This document shows, piece by piece, positions 9,801-17,975 of a stretch of 45,617 nucleotides of DNA (position 1 is the first letter of the stretch; each line of letters begins with the position of its first letter). The position numbers and the translations under genes were made by a program. Under the pieces are notes generated by a model. The model was not told where the DNA came from. It ran no database searches and was given only the letters and a program-made list of their open reading frames with translations. Source of the DNA: Thermoplasmata archaeon (lineage in GTDB: Archaea > Thermoplasmatota > Thermoplasmata > Halarchaeoplasmatales > Halarchaeoplasmataceae); assembly GCA_019594305.1 (NCBI GenBank), contig JAFDTZ010000001.1, positions 1 to 45,617 on the forward strand. Direction: 5' to 3'.

Positions 9801-10248
9801 AGCATTGGACAATTACGAAAGAAGTTTGGAGCTATCACAGTCCGTGGACAATAAAGGACTTATCGCAGACACATATCGTGGAATGGCCGAAGTTTTTTTG
9901 GACATGGAGGAGATGATGTCTTCGTTGGAGTGCGCATTAAATGCTTTGGATATCTCCAAAAAGGCGAAATTAAAATTGGAGGAGGCAAAGACCCGCCGCG
10001 TCCACGGAAGGATATTACGGGGTAAAGGTAAGATGAAGGAGGCACAGGATGAGTTCTGGAAGTGCAGGGAGTTACTATCCGAAACCTATGATAACGAGGA
10101 ACTGCCAAAAGTATTCTACGAATTAGCGATACTGATGGCGGAATGCGGCGAGATGGATACCGCCGATAAGTACGTAAAGGACGCTCGGAAAGGATTTGAA
10201 GAATCAGGTATGCATCTATGGGTGGAAAGGGTAAAAAAATTCAAGTAA
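6850..10248 (+). CDS. Large wHTH - STAND/AAA ATPase - TPR regulatory protein
   Basis: N-terminal winged-HTH-like EVSQPGIADSLGLARSHVSKEMIRLKK. Walker A IKGETGIGKTRLV and Walker B-like VVIFLDDLHWAD. At least 8 TPR-like repeats in the C-terminal half (for example AHHNLGTIALQSGDFDDATRHLE and GMNLNNMGIIYSMMEDYEKALDCH). The track start is a TTG; ATG 6904 or 6931 is the more likely start. Confidence 0.8.
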   Translation: MVHVTSITQNTDNFRNVIMPPLRSVVAMRLPTVRDRIFIHLLSYTRFARGKEVPYEVSQPGIADSLGLARSHVSKEMIRLKKSSSDLVEERTRHVRGSKRRRKVYILTPLGQKKANSIIEGLMKEIITINDENGKRNVTLRELEELLNVKDPITAALRDIDEEGVLDLCKKRDIEEIFIGRERELKLFKELLIDVKKGSARTVIIKGETGIGKTRLVYELKPIALESGFLFIEGVCKVETADPYLPFKEALSGLNDMDHDEKFTKFLTYDSNSEPETRSSLDALREAVFYDSTRMIMKLSEKKPVVIFLDDLHWADKATLDLFRYMAETFENDRVLLLATYRPEEVNLDHPLVETLSRMCRKNVHMEVDLEPLDKMSTKKLIDVLTGFNTPDNFVGFMNEKTRGNPLFIKQLLKEMQDEGKVSAEKGYYATEDMNITVPEVVERIVHRKLSHLDRAGRQVLEFGCVLGKEFSFDILDSVSELPEMRLLDQIDILVDQAIWCEDAERDRFHFTHELVRDGVYNNIKSVRRKKLHGVVARKMAERYSGTKDRLSDIANHYMEAGLRENALEYYVKAGEHAKSLYAHENAVQLFEKGLTLAYEDDRKSCLLLESMGDTHTILGNYEEGRRRLEEALGKLDADNTEEIGLRTRIPRKIAHTWLMQGSYERSIEYINIGISLGAEHTKEWCILLNVKGWTYMKTGDYHKAAEIFKDELRVAEDLGDEKEISRAHHNLGTIALQSGDFDDATRHLEIAAEGFDSLGEKVKLSKTLNNLGVMYLRKHNIEKALEYNEKSLLNMEEVGDIQGIGMNLNNMGIIYSMMEDYEKALDCHDRSMDIKRRIGDSQGMVESHTNIGVIHEKMGDLERALEEYKKGLSISRKIGDARGTAELQNDIGWIYNLKGKVTDSAEMLRSSLKLREDIGDIHGLAESHRNLGIVLLKKGNMEEALEHLEKGFELASDMDDEYEMALISKCTGDVYHQQERFAEALDNYERSLELSQSVDNKGLIADTYRGMAEVFLDMEEMMSSLECALNALDISKKAKLKLEEAKTRRVHGRILRGKGKMKEAQDEFWKCRELLSETYDNEELPKVFYELAILMAECGEMDTADKYVKDARKGFEESGMHLWVERVKKFK

Positions 10249-10272
10249 AATAGAGAGTCGTGGGGATAACGT

Positions 10273-10281
10273 ATTTATATG
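10273..10281 (+). promoter_or_regulatory. Candidate TATA box for the rps13-rps4-rps11-rpoD operon
   Basis: ATTTATATG lies about 45 nt upstream of the rps13 ATG in a 74-bp intergenic gap. Confidence 0.45.
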
Positions 10282-10322
10282 ACGTGTTGATTAGCACCCT
10301 CCAACTATAACTCCAGCATTCA

Positions 10323-10811
10323 ATGGAGGTAAACAATTTGGCAGAAGAAGAATATCCAGACGATTTCAATTATATAGTCCGTTTGATGAATACCGACCTA
10401 AAGGGTGAAAAGCCCACCCTGTATGCACTCAGGGATATAAAGGGTGTCGGTACCAGGGTAGCTGAAAGTCTTGTGAAACACTCAGGCGTATCAGGTACAA
10501 AAAAGATCGGTCTCTTAAGTAACGAAGAGATAGAAAAACTCAAAAAATGTATTACTGAATTCACTGAACAGGTTCCTACATGGTTTGTCAATAGAAAAAG
10601 AGATCCTTATTCCGGCGAAGATAAGCACCTATTCGGTCCGGATATAGATATGGCATTTCGTGACGATATCAACCGTTTGAAAAAAATCAGTTGTTACAGA
10701 GGAATACGTCATGATACAGGTCAAAAGGTGAGAGGACAAAGGACTAGATCGAATGGTCGATCAGGCCTTACAGTGGGTGTGCAAAGGAGAAAGATGATAC
10801 AGAAGAAATAA
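10323..10811 (+). CDS. rps13: 30S ribosomal protein uS13
   Basis: NYIVRLMNTDLKGEKPTLYALRDIKGVGTRVAESL is a typical archaeal S13 N-terminus. First gene of the conserved S13-S4-S11-RpoD order. Confidence 0.95.
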   Translation: MEVNNLAEEEYPDDFNYIVRLMNTDLKGEKPTLYALRDIKGVGTRVAESLVKHSGVSGTKKIGLLSNEEIEKLKKCITEFTEQVPTWFVNRKRDPYSGEDKHLFGPDIDMAFRDDINRLKKISCYRGIRHDTGQKVRGQRTRSNGRSGLTVGVQRRKMIQKK

Positions 10812-10828
10812 TCAAGGAGTGAAATTAC

Positions 10829-11437
10829 ATGGGCGATCCTAAATTTAGCAGAAAAAAATACCAAAATCCGCCACACCCCTGGCAATCCGAGCGTATCCAG
10901 ATGGAGAACGATTACGTACGTTATTACGGGCTCAAGAACAAAAAAGAGTTTTGGAAAGCTCGATCTATTCTTAAGAACATTCGTTCTCAGGCGAGGAATC
11001 TTCAAGCAAGATTAAGATATGGTGATAGCCAGGCCAAGAAGGAGGTGGACGATCTGATAGATAAATTGACCGGGAACGGATATCTGGTTGGTGAAGAACT
11101 TACACTTAACGATGTACTGAACCTGACCGTAGAGAATGTACTTAACAGAAGGCTTCAGACGGTAGTCTACCATAAGGGTTTGGCGAATACACCACGGCAA
11201 GCGAGACAATTGATAACCCATGGACACATACATGTAGACGGGAGACGGATCACCATTCCCGGATATGTGATAAATCGTGCCGAAGAATCCGATATATCCT
11301 ATCATCCTCTTTCTCCCCTCAGCGACGAACTTCATCCTGTACGTCCGGATGAGGAGAAGACACATACCTTCATTCCAGAACAGATGAGGAAAGACAAGGA
11401 GAAGGAATCCTTCAGGAACAGGAGGAGGAGGAGATAA
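10829..11437 (+). CDS. rps4: 30S ribosomal protein uS4
   Basis: [23 protein letters not shown] matches the archaeal S4 N-terminus. S4 RNA-binding domain seen in [24 protein letters not shown]. Confidence 0.95.
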   Translation: MGDPKFSRKKYQNPPHPWQSERIQMENDYVRYYGLKNKKEFWKARSILKNIRSQARNLQARLRYGDSQAKKEVDDLIDKLTGNGYLVGEELTLNDVLNLTVENVLNRRLQTVVYHKGLANTPRQARQLITHGHIHVDGRRITIPGYVINRAEESDISYHPLSPLSDELHPVRPDEEKTHTFIPEQMRKDKEKESFRNRRRRR

Positions 11438-11439
11438 TT

Positions 11440-11823
11440 ATGGCAAAATGGGGTATAGCACACGTTTATGCATCTTACAACAACGTACTGATAACTATCA
11501 CAGATATAACCGGATCCGAGACCATTGCAAAGGCAACAGGCGGAATGGTTGTTCGACAGGACAAGGACCAGGCATCGCCCTATGCGGCGATGGAAGCCGC
11601 TAAGAAGGCCATCGACGAGGCTAAGGAAAAGGGCATTACCAATATTCATGTCAAGGTAAGGGCACCGGGCGGCAGCAAATCTCACTCTCCGGGCCCGGGC
11701 TCACAGGCGGCTATCAGGGCATTTGCAAGGGCCGGTATCAGGATAGGAACCATAGAGGACGTTACTCCCGTACCTCATGATACCACACGTCCAAAGGGCG
11801 GCCGTAGAGGGCGGCGTGTATAA
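11440..11823 (+). CDS. rps11: 30S ribosomal protein uS11
   Basis: [34 protein letters not shown] and the C-terminal [15 protein letters not shown] are characteristic of uS11. Confidence 0.95.
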   Translation: MAKWGIAHVYASYNNVLITITDITGSETIAKATGGMVVRQDKDQASPYAAMEAAKKAIDEAKEKGITNIHVKVRAPGGSKSHSPGPGSQAAIRAFARAGIRIGTIEDVTPVPHDTTRPKGGRRGRRV

Positions 11824-11835
11824 TCATATTTAACG

Positions 11836-12687
11836 GTGTTTGTAATGAAGGTGAAAATTCGGGAACTACAGGAAAGGAAAGCGAAGATAGTTATTTCAGA
11901 TGCCAACCCCACGTTGGCCAATGCTTTAAGGAGAGTTCTTATAGCTGATGTTCCCAAACTAGCGATAGAAGACGTTGAATTCCATCTGGGATCTATTGCG
12001 GGTAGAGAAGGTGATGAAGGTGAATATGAAAGCACCACGCCGTTGTTCGATGAGATCATAGCCCATAGACTGGGGCTTATACCTATTCCAACTGACCTTA
12101 ACTTGTACAACTACAGAGAACAATGTGAAACATGCGATGGCGAAGGGTGCCCGAATTGTACCGTTATATACAGCCTCAACAAGAAGGGCCCATGTACGGT
12201 TTACTCCGGGGACCTTATACCTGTAGGCGACACCGACCTATCAGTGGCTGATAAGTACATTCCCATCGTCAAACTGACGGAAAACCAAGCTTTGCTTATA
12301 TACGCTATAGCCGAGCTTGGAACTGCAAACGAACATGCAAAATGGCAGCCAACTAGTGGTGTGGGATACAAGTATTATCCCAGTATAGAGATAGACGAGG
12401 ACAAATGTGACAATTGTGGAGAATGTGTATCCAAATGTCCTATCGATATACTCGAGGAAAAAGACGGTAAGATAATCGTAACCGATTTAGAAAGATGCAA
12501 ACTATGCCATGTCTGCGATGAAGAGTGTCCGAGGGGAGCCATTGACGTTTTGGGATTGGAAAACAAGTTCATACTCAGGTACGAAACCGATGGTTCGTTA
12601 TCCGCCGAAGAAGTATTGAAACAATCTTTGATTGCACTCGTGGATAAATTTGAGAATGTTATAGAGATGGTTGAATCCATCGAATGA
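11836..12687 (+). CDS. rpoD: DNA-directed RNA polymerase subunit D (Rpo3) with a ferredoxin-like 2x[4Fe-4S] insert
   Basis: ANPTLANALRRVLIADVPKLAIEDVEF is the RpoD pattern. Two cluster motifs are present, CDNCGECVSKCP and CKLCHVCDEECP. Likely start is ATG 11845 (MKVKIRE). Confidence 0.9.
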   Translation: MFVMKVKIRELQERKAKIVISDANPTLANALRRVLIADVPKLAIEDVEFHLGSIAGREGDEGEYESTTPLFDEIIAHRLGLIPIPTDLNLYNYREQCETCDGEGCPNCTVIYSLNKKGPCTVYSGDLIPVGDTDLSVADKYIPIVKLTENQALLIYAIAELGTANEHAKWQPTSGVGYKYYPSIEIDEDKCDNCGECVSKCPIDILEEKDGKIIVTDLERCKLCHVCDEECPRGAIDVLGLENKFILRYETDGSLSAEEVLKQSLIALVDKFENVIEMVESIE

Positions 12688-12815
12688 TGATCATTGTACG
12701 GTGCTACCAAAAAACTATTTGCTCCCACAGTTATTCATCTATTCTCATTGCGAGTCAGCAGGAATCGGAGATTCCTACAACACGCTTAACTCGTTCAAAC
12801 CTTTTCACTCCTCAA

Positions 12816-12900
12816 GCGAGGGTAGCCAAGCATGGCCAACGGCGCAGCGTTGAGGGCGCTGTCTCATAGGGGTCCGAGGGTTCAAATCCCTTCCCTCGCA
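12816..12900 (+). tRNA. tRNA-Leu (anticodon GAG), class II with long variable arm, no intron, no encoded CCA
   Basis: Manual fold. Acceptor GCGAGGG/CCCTCGC. Anticodon stem CAGCG/CGCTG with loop TTGAGGG. T arm GAGGG-TTCAAAT-CCCTT. Discriminator A. Confidence 0.85.
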
Positions 12901-12907
12901 TTTTTTT
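12901..12907 (+). terminator. Oligo-T (T7) terminator directly after tRNA-Leu
   Basis: TTTTTTT starts at the first nucleotide after the discriminator base. Oligo-T is the archaeal termination signal. Confidence 0.6.
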
Positions 12908-13019
12908 ATTTCAGGCGTAGCGTGAAATGAAAAAGTGAACAGAATCTCTGATTCTGTGGCATTCAATTATCTTAACGAGTGAAGCGAGAGAAGTTTGTAA
13001 AAGGGGGACATCAGTCCCC
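12901..13019 (+). repeat. tRNA-trailer element, copy at tRNA-Leu
   Basis: Contains T7, a TTTCA..TGAAA hairpin, GAAAAAGTGA (12929..12938) and hairpin CAGAATC-TCT-GATTCTG (12940..12956). It also contains TTAACGAGTGAAGCGAG and hairpin GGGGAC-ATCA-GTCCCC (13004..13019). The first 58 nt match the tRNA-Ser trailer at 45/58 ungapped positions. Confidence 0.7.
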
Positions 13020-13102
13020 ACATTCTTTTACCGATGTAACCAAGTATCCATAGCGCACACCATACCCAAAATTATATCTGTGGTTGTAAAGTTTGTACAA
13101 CC

Positions 13103-13834
13103 ATGTTGCGGATAAGATTCAAGGACGAAACCGGCGGCATACATCTCGGGGAATTCGCAGACGGTAAGATACTTCTGGAAGAGCGTGAACTCTCCATCAA
13201 CGAAGTTGAAATACTACCACCTACTCAGCCAAGCAAGATAGTTTGTGTCGGGTTGAACTATGCGGATCACGCTGCTGAAACGGGTAGGGAACCTCCTTCG
13301 AGACCATCACTGTTCCTCAAGGCACCTAATTCACTAGCCGGCCACGGAGAGACCATCACACTGTTACCCGGTGTAGAGCGAATAGATCATGAAGCTGAAC
13401 TGGGTGTGATAATCGGTAAACGATGCAGGATGGTTTCACTCGATAAAGCCATGGATGTGGTGGCCGGATATACATGCGTCAATGACCTCTCCAACCGGGA
13501 CGATCAGAGAAAAGAGCAGAACTGGGTAAGAGGGAAGGCCTTCGACAAGTCCGCTCCCATGGGGTCGGTGATAGCCTTGCCGGAAAAGGTTCCCGAAGAC
13601 GCCAGGATAACACTCAGGTCCAATGGTAGAACAATGCAGGATTCTTCAATAGACAATATGATATTCAGTGTTCCCGAATTGATAGTCGAAATAACCAAGT
13701 ACATGACCCTGGAACCGGGTGATGTGATCTCCACGGGCACCCCGGCAGGTGTGGGACCTATACACCATCAAGACGTAGTGGAAGTGGAGATCCAAGGGAT
13801 CGGTACGCTGACTAACAAATTCATAAAAAAATAA
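13103..13834 (+). CDS. Fumarylacetoacetate hydrolase (FAH) family protein
   Basis: KIVCVGLNYADHAAE, DHEAELGVIIGK, GYTCVNDLSNRD and WVRGKAFD are FAH-family signatures. Confidence 0.85.
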   Translation: MLRIRFKDETGGIHLGEFADGKILLEERELSINEVEILPPTQPSKIVCVGLNYADHAAETGREPPSRPSLFLKAPNSLAGHGETITLLPGVERIDHEAELGVIIGKRCRMVSLDKAMDVVAGYTCVNDLSNRDDQRKEQNWVRGKAFDKSAPMGSVIALPEKVPEDARITLRSNGRTMQDSSIDNMIFSVPELIVEITKYMTLEPGDVISTGTPAGVGPIHHQDVVEVEIQGIGTLTNKFIKK

Positions 13835-13865
13835 AAAAGAAGTAAAAGGGAAGGGGGTTTTTTTT

Positions 13866-15833
13866 CTATTTACTGACCTGTTCCTTCAGCTTTTCGACGA
13901 TTTCCGGATTTCTCAGGGTAGATGTATCGCCGGCTTCCTCACCAGCTTCCAGCTTTTTGAGGATTCTCCGCATAATCTTACCGGATCTCGTCTTGGGTAG
14001 GTCCTCCGTAAAGTGAACGGTAGATGGCTTCCCTATAGGACCTATGATCTTACCGACGTGAGCTCTGAGTTCCTGACCCAATTCGTCGGAACCGGTTCTA
14101 TTGCCTTCCAGTATGACGTATGCCACAGGCACATGTCCCTTCAAATCATCGGGACTACCGACCACTGCGGCTTCTGCAACCGCGGGATGGTCGACCAGGG
14201 CACTCTCCATCTCCATGGTGCTTAACCTATGTCCGGCTACGTTCAAAACATCGTCGATCCTACCGACCACCCAGAAATAACCATCTTCATCTACTCTAGC
14301 TCCGTCACCGGCAAAATACGTATCTATACCGTACTCGCTCCAGTAGGTTTTCTTGAACCTTTCAGGATCCTTATAAAGTGTCCTTAGCATTGAGGGCCAA
14401 GGTCTTTTCAGTACAAGATATCCTCCTTGATTCGGAGATAAACTGTTGCCGCCTGCGTCGTAAATATCCGCTTTTATACCTGGGAAAGGTTTCGTAGCGC
14501 TTCCCGGCTTTAGATCGGTAATTCCGGGCAATGGTGTGATCAGTATCATACCTGTTTCGGTCTGCCACCATGTATCGACGATGGGGCAGTTACCGCCGCC
14601 TATGACTTCATGATACCACTCCCATGCCTTGGGGTTGATGGGTTCGCCGACACTTCCCAGAAGTTTAAGGGTTGAAAGATCGCACCTGTCCGGATACTCT
14701 CGACCCCACTTCATGAACAACCTGATAGCCGTGGGTGCTGTGTAAAGCTTCGTCACCTTGTATTTTTCAACTATCTTCCAGAATCTGTCCTTATCGGGAT
14801 AATCCGGTGATCCCTCATACATTATTGTAGTGGTAGCGTTGGCGAGAGGACCATAAACGATGTAGCTGTGTCCTGTTATCCAACCGATATCCGCCGTGCA
14901 CCAGTACATATCATCATCTTTTATATCAAAAACCCACTTATGGGTAGTCATAGTGCCTGTTAGGTATCCACCAGTAGTGTGAAGGACACCTTTTGGCTTA
15001 CCTGTTGTACCACTAGTGTACATAAGGAATAACATATCTTCGGCATCCATCTGTTCGGGTTCGCATTCTAGAGGTTGATCCTCTGTCAGTTCATGGTAAT
15101 ACACATCTCTGTCCTCGGACAGTGTGATATCATCTCTACCCAATCTATCAACTACGATTACCTTCTTTACAGTAGGAGTACTTTCGAGGGATTCCAAAGC
15201 ATTCTCCCACATGTTTAACTTCTTACCTCGGCGGTAATATCCGTCGGCGGTTACCAGTACCTTGGATTCTGAATCGTGTACCCTATCGGCAAGTGCGGTA
15301 GGTGAAAATCCTCCGAAGACCACACTGTGCGGGGCACCTATCCTTGCACAAGCTAAAAGACCGATAGCCAATTCGGGGATCATCGGTAGATAAAAGGTTA
15401 CCACGTCTCCTTTTTCAACTCCCAGTTCCTTAAGTCCGTTGGCAAATTTACAAACTTCATCTTTTAGTTCGGAAAAAGTGTACTGTTTCGATTCATCCGT
15501 CGGTTCTCCTTCCCAGATAAGGGCTACCTTGTCACCTTTACCGTTCTCAACATGCCTGTCAACACAATTGTATGATGCATTTATCTTACCGTTGACAAAC
15601 CATTTGGCAAAAGGCGCGTCCCATTCCAGAACCTTGTCCCACTTCTTGTACCAATCGAGATTCTCTGCTTGTTCCGCCCAGAATTCTTCGTAATTTTCTT
15701 CTGCATACTTGTATATGGCGGGGTCCTTAATGTTCGCCTTTTTCTTGAACTCTTCGGACGGGGGATATATCTTAGTTTCCTCCATTCTTGCTTCTATGTG
15801 ACTTTCTTTCTTTGTCATTTTTAACACCTGCAT
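13866..15833 (-). CDS. acs: Acetyl-CoA synthetase (AMP-forming acetate-CoA ligase)
   Basis: AMP-binding motif YTSGTTGKPKGV, WWQTETG, and the C-terminal LPKTRSGKIMRR. Length is typical for Acs. Start is probably Met6 (15818). Confidence 0.92.
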   Translation of the reverse strand: MQVLKMTKKESHIEARMEETKIYPPSEEFKKKANIKDPAIYKYAEENYEEFWAEQAENLDWYKKWDKVLEWDAPFAKWFVNGKINASYNCVDRHVENGKGDKVALIWEGEPTDESKQYTFSELKDEVCKFANGLKELGVEKGDVVTFYLPMIPELAIGLLACARIGAPHSVVFGGFSPTALADRVHDSESKVLVTADGYYRRGKKLNMWENALESLESTPTVKKVIVVDRLGRDDITLSEDRDVYYHELTEDQPLECEPEQMDAEDMLFLMYTSGTTGKPKGVLHTTGGYLTGTMTTHKWVFDIKDDDMYWCTADIGWITGHSYIVYGPLANATTTIMYEGSPDYPDKDRFWKIVEKYKVTKLYTAPTAIRLFMKWGREYPDRCDLSTLKLLGSVGEPINPKAWEWYHEVIGGGNCPIVDTWWQTETGMILITPLPGITDLKPGSATKPFPGIKADIYDAGGNSLSPNQGGYLVLKRPWPSMLRTLYKDPERFKKTYWSEYGIDTYFAGDGARVDEDGYFWVVGRIDDVLNVAGHRLSTMEMESALVDHPAVAEAAVVGSPDDLKGHVPVAYVILEGNRTGSDELGQELRAHVGKIIGPIGKPSTVHFTEDLPKTRSGKIMRRILKKLEAGEEAGDTSTLRNPEIVEKLKEQVSK

Positions 15834-15912
15834 TTTTTCGTAAACGTTAACGGCATATTGGAACTACTATTTAGGTATTTTCGGAGAATATTGTAAATAA
15901 ATCAAAAATGAA

Positions 15913-16015
15913 TAGCGGGGAGTGGATTTGAACCACTGGTCTCCGGGTACCTCAAACACGTATGTTTTATGTATTTTATGAGCCCGACGGGATTTCCTGG
16001 CTACCCTACCCCGCT
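15913..16015 (-). tRNA. Initiator tRNA-Met (CAT) with a 28-nt intron at position 37/38 (intron 15949..15976)
   Basis: Acceptor AGCGGGG/CCCCGCT, giving A1:U72. Anticodon stem TCGGG/CCCGG with three G:C pairs adjacent to loop CTCATA|A. The intron AAATACATAAAACATACGTGTTTGAGGT forms a BHB motif: central helix CTCA/TGAG, two 3-nt bulges, inner helix AATAC/GTGTT. T arm AGTGG-TTCAAAT-CCACT. Confidence 0.85.
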
Positions 16016-16145
16016 TTTGCGATTATAAGGTATACGGAATCCCTTAAAACCAGTCTTATATAAAAAATCTTTCCTATGATGTTCATAGGTGTGGGAAAGA
16101 TTGATATATTGAAAGATAACTTAGGTTAGAGATAAAGGGAAATTT

Positions 16146-17174
16146 ATGGAATCGAAGGACATTATCAAAAACAATACCCGTAAAGAGATGAACAATATAG
16201 CTGATAACCTTGGTATAGATAATCCTGAAAGTTTCAGCAATAAATCAGCCTTGGCCGAAGAACTGATACGGGTTTTGAATGATGACAGTACCTCCGACCA
16301 TATATCTAGCTATATTAACAACATAAAAACTACACTTAAGAAAGCAAGAGATTCTGAATTCGATATTCATGCTTTTAAAGAAAATTTTAAAGAACTGATT
16401 AATTCGAAAAAGGAAGGCGACACGTTAAAGGTTCTCGGGATGATCGAGGACGTAAACAAACAGGGTGAAGATATAATCGTACTTGATGAGGCCGTAAAAA
16501 GTACCAAAGACCTGATTGAAGAAATTGTTAATAAAGAAACCCGAAACGGATTCGAAGAAAGATTGAAAGAGAGACTAGAGGTTTGCTCTCAGGGTGAATA
16601 CGTCCAACCAAAGGTTGATTGTGAAAGTTTGAAAAAGGAGATTATTACGTTCATAGAGGAGCAAAACGACTATGAAAAAACGTTAATGGAAAACCTTGAG
16701 ATCGCCAAAGAACGGCTTTCTTTATTGCGAGAGACTAAAATGGAAATAGATCATGTAAAAGAACTCGTCCACCAAGCCTTTGATGCCCATAAAGCAGGTG
16801 ACCTTAAGAAAAGCTTCAAAAATATTGAGGAAGCACTTGAATGTTCCGAAGATATCCTGGCAATCTATGAAAAGATCGAGGAGGGTAAAAAACGTATTCA
16901 AGAAATCAAAGAGAGCGGTAAGGAGATAGATACATACTTGGAGGCTCTTAAACAGGGAAAGAAAAAAGCCAATGAAAAGGAGTATAATCATGCAATGCAG
17001 ATATTGGACGACGCTCTAATAGAGATGGTGAGAGATCAGGAAGAGGTCTTGAAACGCGAAGAGAATAAAATAGATCAAACAACACTTAAGATCAATAATA
17101 TTTACAAGAAAATTGTCGCTATCGAAAAGGCACTACAAAACGTTAGAAGAGACCTGGATGATATTAATAAATAA
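16146..17174 (+). CDS. Hypothetical coiled-coil protein with an N-terminal SAP/HeH-like helix-extended-helix segment
   Basis: The K/E-rich heptad-like sequence runs throughout. The N-terminal KEMNNIADNLGIDNPESFSNKSALAEELIRVL resembles Rho-N/SAP-type motifs. No catalytic motif seen. Confidence 0.5.
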   Translation: MESKDIIKNNTRKEMNNIADNLGIDNPESFSNKSALAEELIRVLNDDSTSDHISSYINNIKTTLKKARDSEFDIHAFKENFKELINSKKEGDTLKVLGMIEDVNKQGEDIIVLDEAVKSTKDLIEEIVNKETRNGFEERLKERLEVCSQGEYVQPKVDCESLKKEIITFIEEQNDYEKTLMENLEIAKERLSLLRETKMEIDHVKELVHQAFDAHKAGDLKKSFKNIEEALECSEDILAIYEKIEEGKKRIQEIKESGKEIDTYLEALKQGKKKANEKEYNHAMQILDDALIEMVRDQEEVLKREENKIDQTTLKINNIYKKIVAIEKALQNVRRDLDDINK

Positions 17175-17234
17175 ACGTCTTCGTCGGTCGATAACCTTTT
17201 TATTAACCTGCGTAATCGGTATAGGTGTGTTAAG

Positions 17235-17975
17235 ATGAATAAAAAAATATGCACTCTTGCAACGTGTGTGATGTTCATGATGAGTTTAATGCTATTGTCC
17301 GGAAACACAGCACAGACCAGTGGTAATAACCCTATCGCGGTTATAGAGACCAACAGAGGTACAATTAGGATAGAGCTATACGAGAAGGATGCACCTATCA
17401 CAGTTGAGAACTTCGTCAAATATGCAGAGGACGGGTTCTACGACGGTTTGATTTTCCACAGGGTTATTCAGAATTTCATGATACAAGGCGGCGGGTTCAG
17501 ACCTGGGATGGAATATGTAGAACCTACTTATGGTCCTATTCAAAACGAAGCTTCGATAAGCGGTCACCGAAACAATCGCGGAACTATAGCGATGGCCAGG
17601 ACCGACGATCCTCATTCTGCTACCAGCCAATTCTATATTAACCTGGTAAACAATAATAATCTGGATTTTGACGCGGGAGTGTACTGCGTATTCGGTAAAG
17701 TCATAGATGGTATGGATGTGATGGATTCTATCGCCACAGTTCAAACGACATCTGTAGGTGGATTCGACGATGTACCTGTCGAAGATATTGTGATACAGAG
17801 TGTTACTATCTCGGATTCAGTTCCTACCAACGGTGGAGATACCACTAAAGATGAAACGGAACCTTTCTACAAGAACATACTATTCCTTCAGATACTCGTT
17901 TCAGTCATAGTCGCAGCAGTGATCATATTATTCTTACGACATCGGGAAAATATGGAAGAGGAAGAGAAGGATTAG
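17235..17975 (+). CDS. Cyclophilin-type peptidyl-prolyl cis-trans isomerase, secreted and C-terminally membrane anchored
   Basis: IETNRGTIRIELYEKDAPITVENFVKYAEDGFYDGLIFHRVIQNFMIQGGGF is the cyclophilin core. N-terminal hydrophobic signal (ICTLATCVMFMMSLMLL) and C-terminal TM helix (ILFLQILVSVIVAAVIILFL). Confidence 0.88.
   Translation: MNKKICTLATCVMFMMSLMLLSGNTAQTSGNNPIAVIETNRGTIRIELYEKDAPITVENFVKYAEDGFYDGLIFHRVIQNFMIQGGGFRPGMEYVEPTYGPIQNEASISGHRNNRGTIAMARTDDPHSATSQFYINLVNNNNLDFDAGVYCVFGKVIDGMDVMDSIATVQTTSVGGFDDVPVEDIVIQSVTISDSVPTNGGDTTKDETEPFYKNILFLQILVSVIVAAVIILFLRHRENMEEEEKD

Noticed and set aside
6850-10248. STAND ATPase-TPR protein as an Avs-like antiviral sensor
   Set aside because: The N-terminal module looks like a DNA-binding winged HTH rather than a nuclease, protease or other killing effector. 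Its neighbours are secreted proteases and the ribosomal operon rather than defence genes. The possibility is not fully excluded without profile searches.
12921-12960. tRNA-trailer element as a C/D box sRNA
   Set aside because: CTGA (D-box-like) is present, but the best C-box candidate is ATGAAAA/GTGAAAT, not RUGAUGA. No C'/D' pair with 12-nt guide spacing could be found.
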